Shown here in pieces: positions 57,206 to 64,000 of a DNA stretch of 64,000 nucleotides (position 1 is the first letter of the stretch; each line of letters starts with the position of its first letter). The position numbers were made by a program, and so were the translations under genes. This DNA is from an uncultured Phycisphaeraceae bacterium (GTDB taxonomy: Bacteria; Planctomycetota; B15-G4; JADJEK01): positions 69,735-133,734 of the forward strand of contig CAZYQW010000029.1 in the NCBI GenBank assembly GCA_964649825.1, in the 5' to 3' direction. Under the pieces are notes generated by a model. That model saw nothing but the letters and a program-made list of their open reading frames with translations. It was not told the origin of the DNA and searched no databases.

Positions 57206-57856
57206 TCAGAAGTACCAGGACCTCTTGACCGCCGTCGCCGTCGAACGGCTCGCTTGGGCCAGAGCGCTCTCGACTCGATGTCGAATGCCGTCGGATGGTA
57301 CTCCGATGCCTTCGACGAGATCCAACGGGAATCGCCCTTCGAGCAGGAACTCGGCCTGCTTGCCCTCCTTGATGTCTGGTGCTCGAAAGTCGGCCGCCGC
57401 GATCGCCGCCCAGTTCAGTTCGTCGAGATCGCTCCAGCGATTCCGGAACTCCGTGGCGTAGGCACCGGCGTTCGCGAGCGAGAAGCACCAGCGCACGCGG
57501 TGCTCCTCGGCCCAGCGTACGACTTGGGCCAGGTCCGCGTGCAGATGGAGAATCGACTCCTGCCCGCCGCGATAGGTCAGCTCGGCGTGGTTCCCCCGGT
57601 GCAGGAGGTAGAGCATGATCGACCGGGGACAGAAGTAGAACGGGACGTAGTCGCCGACCGTCGTTCCGTCATGACAAGGCACGTGGATCCTGTGCAGGCG
57701 GCGCTGCTTGATGTCCGTCATGCCGATCGGCTGCGCCGGACCGCTGCGCGCGATCATCGCGCGATCGGACAGGAGCGCGCCCTCCGCGAGGATCGCGGGC
57801 AGGTTGTCCACGTGAGTGATGTGGTACACCTTCGGCCGATCGGGCGGTGCGCTCAA
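57206..57856 (-). CDS. darT: DarT toxin (DUF4433 ssDNA thymidine ADP-ribosyltransferase).
   Basis: KVYHITHVDNLPAILAEGALLSD matches the DarT N-terminal NAD-binding motif. A TTG start at 57856 follows GGGGAGG plus 8 nt, and an alternative GTG lies at 57829. The TTG overlaps the TGA of the upstream MTase by 2 nt. Confidence 0.75.
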   Translation of the reverse strand: MSAPPDRPKVYHITHVDNLPAILAEGALLSDRAMIARSGPAQPIGMTDIKQRRLHRIHVPCHDGTTVGDYVPFYFCPRSIMLYLLHRGNHAELTYRGGQESILHLHADLAQVVRWAEEHRVRWCFSLANAGAYATEFRNRWSDLDELNWAAIAAADFRAPDIKEGKQAEFLLEGRFPLDLVEGIGVPSDGIRHRVESALAQASRSTATAVKRSWYF

Positions 57857-60800
57857 TCGAACAGCCTCCCCTGCGGTGACGCGGCCGCGCCCTTCTTCGA
57901 GCGCCCCTGACCTGCGCCGGCGCGCGCCTCCTCCTTGGCACGCTCGGCGTTCAGCTCGAGGAGCCGGGCGAGGACCTCGTCGCGGACGTCGTCGGGCCAG
58001 CGGTAGCGCCAGGGCTTCTTGCGGCTGCCCCACTCCTCCTCGTCGACCTCGTAGTCGAGGAGGAACTCGCACTCGGTCGGGATGTCGTCCCAGCCGTACG
58101 CGCGCAGGACCGCGCGATCCATGGCGGCGTGGAGCTCGCGGAGCCGGAGGATGTCCGGGTCGCGCTCCTCCGGGTCGTGGAAGCGGTTGTAGGTCTTCGT
58201 AAGGCCAGCGTCGTTGCGGACCATGAGAGCGGCGCGGAAGTCGTGGTACTCCTGGCCGGCGGCCTCGAGGTCAGGGTGTTCGGTCCAGTTGGCCGGGAAG
58301 GGGTAGGTCTGAAAGACAGCCGTCGGGTTGTATGTAAGGTCATCCGCCACACCACGGGTCGTCCCGAAGAATGAACTCCACACCTCGTGCGCGCGACACT
58401 GCAATGCCGCAATCGACGAGTGGCTTTCGAATGGAAACACGATGAGCTTGTGAGAGAAGACCTGACCCGAGGGTACACAACCAATGACGTGGTGAGCGAC
58501 AGCTGCAGCTCCAGTGACAAGCACCCGGTCCAGCCCGGCGATGGCGGCGTAGAGCTCCGGCCGAAGTCTCTCGAACTGCCACCAGCGCGCTGTTGAGTGG
58601 CTGCCGCGCGTTCCGTGCACGCGCTTCTCGACGATCGCCATCAGCTCCGGCCACTGCCGCCGGCATTCCTCCTCGGACCGCTCGCCGAAGTTGATGACGT
58701 ACCGGTGGTGCGCATGCGTCGGGCTCGAGTTCACCTCCTCGCCACCGATGTAGGGCAAGATCACGTCCCGGTTGCGCGGGTTCTTGGCCAGCAGACGCTC
58801 CATGTCGGCGAGACTGGAAGCGACGCCCTTCGTGTCCGTGTCGTCGAAGGTGAAACCCATGCCAAGGACGATGCTTCCCTGGAAGCTCCGCCCCGCATTC
58901 GACGACAGGCGAGCGGGATCCTCGTGGCCGCCGCGATGGAACAGAAACGCGGTGATCTGCTCGACCTCCCGCCCGTCGAGATGCCTGGATCCGGCCCACT
59001 CGTCGCGCGCGACATGCACCACGCTGACGACGACCGCGGCCTGCCCCGGCCACCTGACCCGGCGATCGGCGCGGTAGACCTGGCCTGCGTGCCGGCAGAT
59101 CCAGCGCAGCCCGGTCGAACGCGTGTCGCCCTGCCTGATGGTGTTGGTGGCGATCAGGCCGAACGCGCCACCGCGCCGCAGCAGATCGAACGCGCGCCGG
59201 AAGAAGTGCGCAACCAGGTCGGCGTTGCCGTGGCTCTCGGCGTGAAGAGCCTTCAGCCACTCCGGGTATCCGGGCACGTTGGAGGCCGCGACGGTGTTCT
59301 TGTAGGCGAACGGAGGATTGCCGACGATCGCGTCGAACCCCGGATTCTCCCGTCCGGACACCTCCGGGAACTCCACCTCCCAGTGGAACGGCGCGAGCGG
59401 CGGATCCTCGGTCCGACGTTCCAGGAGGCGGCCCGTATGGTCCTCCGCTGAGCCATCGCTGATCGCGTGCACGAAGTCCCGTCGCCTGTCCTCGCGCGCC
59501 TTCGGCTTGTCCCCCGCGAAGAACGCGTCGACGAGCAAATCGCCGTACAGCCGCACCCGTGCGAGCTCGGCCTGGGCCTCGTCCCAGATGTCGCGGAGCA
59601 CGAAGTCCGACACGCCCTCGCCGGCCTCGCGGATCTCGCGGCGCAACGCCGCCGCCCGCTCCAGGTGTCCGCGGATCCGCTCACGCAGCCTGCTCTCGAA
59701 CTCGAGGCTGTCGTCCCAGTGGAAGATCTCGATCTGCCGTCGCGACATCCCGACCAGCGAGTCGCCGTGCCGCAGCGCGTGATCCACGAACGTGAGCGGG
59801 TGGTCCTTCGCCAGCGTCGCGAGCCAGAGCGAGACCTTCGCCAGGTCGACCGCGACGGGGTTGCGGTCGACGCCGTAGAGGCACCGCTGCGCGACCAGAC
59901 GCATCGCATGGACCCGTTCGTCCTCGTCGGCGGGAATCGGCGGGGTCTGGCGATAGAAGTTCCAGCTCTCGACCAGAGCCTCGCCGAGCTGGCGGCACGC
60001 CTCGACCAGGAACGCGCCCGACCCCATCGCCGGGTCGCACACCTTCAGGTCGAGGATCTGCCCGGGGCGTGGGGGCCGGTCGTCGCTGCCACGCAGCCGC
60101 TGGAGAATCGGCTCCAGGGTCCGGCGGACGATCGGCTCGGTCAACGACCGCGGCGTGTAGTGCGAGCCGGAGCGCCGGCGAGCCTCGCTCGGCTGGAGGA
60201 CCATCGCTCCGCTCGGCACCAGGTCCGGCGTCGCCGCGGGGTCGATTACCGGCTGCAGCGCGGCGTGGAGCTCCTCCAGCGTCGACGCGTCCTTCACTGC
60301 CTGCTTGACCCGATCGGTGAGCTTGCGATCGGCGCGGTCCCGGATCCACTTGTCGCGCTTGGCCGCGTCCACGTTCAGGAGGGCGTCGAGGTCGATCGCG
60401 GTCGGCGCGCCGTGCTTCTTGTGGGCCTTCACCGCCACCGCGCGCCCGCTGGCGGTCTCCATGCGGAAGCCCATCATGGTCTCGTAGACCGAGCCGATCT
60501 GCTCGACGTCGAGCGCGCGGTAGGAGAGCCGCTCGCCGTCGAGGACCAGCAGTTTCTCCAGGGCGCGGTGAATGGTGCCGTCGGGCACGAGCGGCACGTC
60601 GACGCCCTCGTGGATCTGCCGCGCGCTACCCGTGGTACGCCCTTCGAGGAACGGGAAGCGGTCGGGGTCGAAGAGCACACCGTGGCGAGCGGGCAGGCGC
60701 ATGCCGCCGGCCTCGGCGCCGTCATGGATCATCCGGAAGAGCACCAGGAGCTGCGCCCACGCGCCGAATCGCTGGTCCATCGTGTCGGGGTAGCGCGACG

Positions 60801-61785
60801 CGTCGGAGCGCAGGCGCTCGTAGAGGCCCGCGAGCGAGTAGTGCCGGAGGAACGCCTCGTCCTTCGGCAGCATGTCGCGCTCCTCGGCGTAGAGCAGGAA
60901 CACGAGGCGCAGGATGACGGTGAGGAGCCCGCGGTAGACCTCGTCCGGATGCTCGCGGAGCACGTCGGCGAGAAGCTCGCCCCGGGTGGCGTCCTGCGCG
61001 GCCTGGAGGCCCCGGAGCAGTTCGTACAGCGCCTGCAGCACCTGCTCGGCGAGGCGCTCGCTGACCTCGTTCTGGTACTTACGGCTATCCTCGAGCAGGG
61101 CGGTGAGCCGCTTGTCCTTCGGCAGGGACAGCAGCCGCGGCTCGCTCAGCAACAGCCGCAGCGCGGCGCAGATCGGCCGGCCAGCGGTCTGGACCAGCTC
61201 CCCCGCGCGGAAGTCGAGCCAGCCCGAGGTCTCCCTCCGCGGCGCCGACACGAGCCGCACCGCGTGCCCGTTGAACAGGAGGCCGGCGAGCACGCCGTGC
61301 TTGCGCAGCATCCGCTCCATGCGGCTGTGCGGCGACGCATCGAGCCGCGACCCCGGCACGGGGTCGTCGAACCCCTGGTCGGGATCGATCACCGAGACCA
61401 GGAGCTGCCACGCGGGTTGGCCCGCGGCTGGTAACAGCTCACGGACCGCGAAGTCGGGGGCGAGGGTCTCCTCGAAGTCCTCGAGGTACACGAGGAGCTC
61501 GGGCGGCACTGGGGCCTCGGCCGTACCCGCGTAGCCCTTGGGCGAGAAGCTCCAGCCGAGGACGTGCCGCACGAAGCGTTCGAACTCCACGAACAACCGC
61601 GGAGTGCCGCGGTCGCCGTCCCAGCCGGGGACGCAGTCGCGGACTCGCCGCTGGGTCTTCATGTCGTTGCGGTCGAGAATGGCTCCGGCGCGGACCAACG
61701 CGGTCGGCGACACGACGAGGCCGGTCGGCTGGACGAAACCGAGCCACTCGACGTGGGCGAGGACGTTCGGATCGGGCCGGGCCAT
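57853..61785 (-). CDS. drmMI: N6-adenine DNA methyltransferase of 1,310 aa (Eco57I/PglX-like), DISARM DrmMI-like.
   Basis: The true start is the internal MARPDPNVLAHVEW at 61785. The first ~380 codons of the track ORF are GC-rich junk that overlaps the SNF2 gene. Motif I is VCDPAMGSGAFLVEA and motif IV is IVGNPPFAYK. The TGATG arrangement overlaps the SNF2 stop. Confidence 0.8.
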   Translation of the reverse strand: MARPDPNVLAHVEWLGFVQPTGLVVSPTALVRAGAILDRNDMKTQRRVRDCVPGWDGDRGTPRLFVEFERFVRHVLGWSFSPKGYAGTAEAPVPPELLVYLEDFEETLAPDFAVRELLPAAGQPAWQLLVSVIDPDQGFDDPVPGSRLDASPHSRMERMLRKHGVLAGLLFNGHAVRLVSAPRRETSGWLDFRAGELVQTAGRPICAALRLLLSEPRLLSLPKDKRLTALLEDSRKYQNEVSERLAEQVLQALYELLRGLQAAQDATRGELLADVLREHPDEVYRGLLTVILRLVFLLYAEERDMLPKDEAFLRHYSLAGLYERLRSDASRYPDTMDQRFGAWAQLLVLFRMIHDGAEAGGMRLPARHGVLFDPDRFPFLEGRTTGSARQIHEGVDVPLVPDGTIHRALEKLLVLDGERLSYRALDVEQIGSVYETMMGFRMETASGRAVAVKAHKKHGAPTAIDLDALLNVDAAKRDKWIRDRADRKLTDRVKQAVKDASTLEELHAALQPVIDPAATPDLVPSGAMVLQPSEARRRSGSHYTPRSLTEPIVRRTLEPILQRLRGSDDRPPRPGQILDLKVCDPAMGSGAFLVEACRQLGEALVESWNFYRQTPPIPADEDERVHAMRLVAQRCLYGVDRNPVAVDLAKVSLWLATLAKDHPLTFVDHALRHGDSLVGMSRRQIEIFHWDDSLEFESRLRERIRGHLERAAALRREIREAGEGVSDFVLRDIWDEAQAELARVRLYGDLLVDAFFAGDKPKAREDRRRDFVHAISDGSAEDHTGRLLERRTEDPPLAPFHWEVEFPEVSGRENPGFDAIVGNPPFAYKNTVAASNVPGYPEWLKALHAESHGNADLVAHFFRRAFDLLRRGGAFGLIATNTIRQGDTRSTGLRWICRHAGQVYRADRRVRWPGQAAVVVSVVHVARDEWAGSRHLDGREVEQITAFLFHRGGHEDPARLSSNAGRSFQGSIVLGMGFTFDDTDTKGVASSLADMERLLAKNPRNRDVILPYIGGEEVNSSPTHAHHRYVINFGERSEEECRRQWPELMAIVEKRVHGTRGSHSTARWWQFERLRPELYAAIAGLDRVLVTGAAAVAHHVIGCVPSGQVFSHKLIVFPFESHSSIAALQCRAHEVWSSFFGTTRGVADDLTYNPTAVFQTYPFPANWTEHPDLEAAGQEYHDFRAALMVRNDAGLTKTYNRFHDPEERDPDILRLRELHAAMDRAVLRAYGWDDIPTECEFLLDYEVDEEEWGSRKKPWRYRWPDDVRDEVLARLLELNAERAKEEARAGAGQGRSKKGAAASPQGRLFD

Positions 61786-64000
61786 CAATTCGACTCCGGC
61801 CAGAGGTAGACCAGACCCACCGGCTCCACGCGGGTCGCGCGGACCTCGTAGAACTCCCGAATCCGATCGGGCTCGCCGGCCAGGTCGCGGTCGAACTGCT
61901 CGAGCCGCACCTTCCACCAACGCGCGTCCGCCTCGAGTTGGCGCCGGGCGTCCGCGAGCTGGCGCTTGCGCTCCTCCAGCTCCTGCTTCGCCGCTTCGCG
62001 CTCGGCTTGCTCCTCGGCGAAGAGCGACGCCTGGCCGAGCTTGCGCTCCTCCTCCGCAATCCGCCGCTCCTCCTCGTGCTCCTTGCGGCCGTACTTGCCG
62101 AGCTCCTCCTCGACCCGCTTGCGCTGGCGCTCCAGCGTTTCCCGCAGGTCGCGGGCCTCGCGCTCGCCCCGCGTCCGCAGTCGGTCCGCCGCCGTGGCCG
62201 CGACCTCGTCCGCCCGCGGCTGGAGCTGGGGCAGGAGTTCCTCGACGTCGCGGGTCGCGGCCTCCAGGAGCCGCGCCTGGATGGTCTTGTTTGGCGCACG
62301 ACCCGCGGTGGCTCCGGCGAGGGCCACCTCGAGCAGCTCGAGCGTCTTCACCTCCGCGTCCCGTGCGTAGGCCTTGAGCGGTCCGCCGCGCTTCGCCGGC
62401 TCGAGCCAGCGCGCGGTGACCGGGATGACCTCCTCGTGGAGCCGCTCCGCGCCCCGGCCGTAGAGCGAGAGTCGGCCGAGGAGGATGACGCGGGGGATGG
62501 AGTCGGTGGCCTGCGCAAGGCAGGCGCGCGACAGGTCGTGGTGGACGAAGCCCTGGGTGCGGAACCGGGCGAGCAGGCGCTGGGCGACCCGCTGCTCGAG
62601 GTGGAGGTGCACCGTGTCCTCGGTGAGGATGCCTTCGTCCTCGAACACGATCGGACGAATCGGCGACTCGCGTCGCCAGTCGGCGAGCTTCTGTCCGGTG
62701 CGGCGCGGTGCGCGCAAGGTGTCGACGGTTGCGGCCCAGCTCGCGTCGAGGCCGACCTTGCGGTCGAGCGGCGGGAACGACCAGACCGGCCGGCCGTCCG
62801 CGTCCTTCTCCTCCACCAGGGGCTTCGCGCCGAGCAGCTCCAGCGAGCACGAGAGGGCGTTGCGAAACGGCGCGGCCTCGAAGCCCACCCACCGGCGCGA
62901 GTTCTGCAACAGCCCGCGGCACCGCTCGATCTGCGCCGCGAGGTCGTCCTGCCGATCGCGGGCGCCCTCCAGCTCCTCCTCGGCGATGCGCTTCTGCTCG
63001 GCGTCGAGATCGGCCGCCTCGATCGCCGCCGCGAGACGCTCGGCGTCGCGGTGGCGGATGCCGCCCCGCATCAGCCGTTCGACGTCGTCATCGATCACCT
63101 TGGAGAGGCTGCCGAGCTCCGCCTTGATGGTCTCGGTCTTGCGCACCAGCACCTCGAGGACGTGGTCCTCGATCCGCTGCGGAAGCACGAAGTAGTGGCA
63201 GCGGACCTCGTCGGCGGGCTGCAGCTTGCGGTCGATGCGGCCGTTCCGCTGCTCGATGCGGCCGGGGTTCCAGGGCAGGTCGAAGTGGAACAGATCGGTG
63301 CAGTGGGCCTGGAAGTTGAGGCCCTCGCGGGCTGCGTCGGTGGCGAGGAGGATGCGCAGGGGTTCCTTCGACGGGTCGGCGTTGAAGCGGCGCTGGATCT
63401 CGCGCCGGTTCTTGCCGGCGGTGAGGCCATCGATGACCGCGATGCGCTCGTCGGCCAGTTCGGTCCCTTCGATGGCTTGCTCCAGCATCTGCTTGAGGTA
63501 GCGCTTGGTGCCCTCGCGGTTCTCGGTGAAGACCAGGACGCGCCGGTCGGTCCACGTCGCCGGCGCGCCGCGCGCCGCCTCGCCGAACGGCGGCAGGCCG
63601 GGACACTGCTGCTCGCGGATCCAGTCGATCAGCCGGCGGAGCTTGGCGTCGGGGACGTGGCGGGACTGGTCGGCGATCTGCTCCATCCGGTCGAGCAGCT
63701 CCTGCTCCGTCCTCCAGATCGCTTGCTCGCCCGGTCCACGCCGGGCGCCGCGCTCGGCCGCTGCCGTCACCGCCTCGACTTCGCTCGCGTCCTCCGCGTC
63801 GAGCTGCTCGGCGGTCCACTCGCTCCGTTCGTCGTCGGCGTCCGGTGCGTGGGTCAGGAGTTCGCCGCCGCCGTCGGTCGTCCCGCCCACTTCGTCAGCG
63901 AGCGCGGAGGTGGCGACAGAGTTCTGCCACTGCTTCTCCGCCGTCTTCCGGTGCACCTTGAGGGTGCGCCAGAAGGCCTCGATGGAGGAGAGCAGCCGTT
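61785..64000 (-). CDS. drmD: SNF2-family helicase (DISARM DrmD-like). The 5' end lies beyond the window.
   Basis: A helicase C-terminal domain is present (RVLVFTENREGTKRYL...ILLATDAAREGLNFQ...FDLPWNPGRIEQRNGRIDR). A long coiled-coil C-terminal tail follows. The minus-strand frame is open through position 64000, and the track's 'M' at 63956 is GTG. Confidence 0.75.
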   Translation of the reverse strand, partial: RLLSSIEAFWRTLKVHRKTAEKQWQNSVATSALADEVGGTTDGGGELLTHAPDADDERSEWTAEQLDAEDASEVEAVTAAAERGARRGPGEQAIWRTEQELLDRMEQIADQSRHVPDAKLRRLIDWIREQQCPGLPPFGEAARGAPATWTDRRVLVFTENREGTKRYLKQMLEQAIEGTELADERIAVIDGLTAGKNRREIQRRFNADPSKEPLRILLATDAAREGLNFQAHCTDLFHFDLPWNPGRIEQRNGRIDRKLQPADEVRCHYFVLPQRIEDHVLEVLVRKTETIKAELGSLSKVIDDDVERLMRGGIRHRDAERLAAAIEAADLDAEQKRIAEEELEGARDRQDDLAAQIERCRGLLQNSRRWVGFEAAPFRNALSCSLELLGAKPLVEEKDADGRPVWSFPPLDRKVGLDASWAATVDTLRAPRRTGQKLADWRRESPIRPIVFEDEGILTEDTVHLHLEQRVAQRLLARFRTQGFVHHDLSRACLAQATDSIPRVILLGRLSLYGRGAERLHEEVIPVTARWLEPAKRGGPLKAYARDAEVKTLELLEVALAGATAGRAPNKTIQARLLEAATRDVEELLPQLQPRADEVAATAADRLRTRGEREARDLRETLERQRKRVEEELGKYGRKEHEEERRIAEEERKLGQASLFAEEQAEREAAKQELEERKRQLADARRQLEADARWWKVRLEQFDRDLAGEPDRIREFYEVRATRVEPVGLVYLWPESN

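Noticed and set aside
57853-62922. The full 1,689-aa track ORF as the methyltransferase.
   Set aside because: Its first ~380 codons are Arg/Pro/Gly junk and overlap the real SNF2 helicase gene in another frame. The MTase begins at the internal MARPDPNV (61785), whose ATG overlaps the SNF2 stop.

Overview
This is a high-GC (about 70%) bacterial chromosomal window with strong Shine-Dalgarno use. Most genes lie on the minus strand, and many annotated-looking long ORFs are antisense artefacts of the GC content. The window splits into a core region and an accessory island.

**Core region, 1 to about 42 kb (in coordinate order):**
- A partial COG2509 FAD-dependent oxidoreductase.
- A CzcCBA/CusBA-type heavy-metal RND efflux operon, preceded by a small His-rich periplasmic protein.
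- A 1,299-aa secreted multi-domain enzyme.
- A sulfatase-family enzyme.
- A secreted protein built from repeated beta-sandwich domains.
- An HDOD signalling protein.
- A ZnuABC-like metal-uptake operon, preceded by a coiled-coil porin and followed by a BamD-like lipoprotein. The ZnuB permease carries about 130 extra C-terminal residues.
- A minus-strand cluster (36995 to 27871) of cysteine synthase, a TPR lipoprotein, a HAD phosphatase, a TLC/MFS-like transporter, a PA14-DUF5060-GH140-like hydrolase and a VWA protein. A VIT-family iron transporter and a CARDB-like secreted protein lie on the opposite strand.
- An orphan sensor histidine kinase.
- An SF1 helicase plus RecB-like nuclease pair.
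- A YkgJ-family Fe-S protein.

**Accessory region, about 42.8 kb to the window end:** this is a defence/mobile island with locally lower GC and lower codon-third-position GC. In coordinate order it holds:
- A truncated Walker-A ATPase fragment.
- A convergent sce7725/sce7726-like gene pair, with a tandem 19-bp direct repeat at the sce7726 start.
- An ImmA-like Zn-peptidase plus PIN (DUF4411-like) module.
- A decayed membrane-fusion-protein pseudogene.
- An alpha/beta hydrolase and an erythromycin-esterase-family gene.
- A seven-gene, translationally coupled minus-strand operon. Reading in transcription order (high to low coordinates) it encodes a SNF2 helicase (DrmD-like, running off the window end), a 1,310-aa N6-adenine methyltransferase (DrmMI-like), DarT, DarG, DrmA, DrmB (DUF1998) and DrmC (PLD). 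This is a class-1 DISARM-like restriction system with a DarTG ssDNA ADP-ribosylating toxin-antitoxin pair inserted between the methyltransferase and drmA.

No rRNA, tRNA or CRISPR was found.
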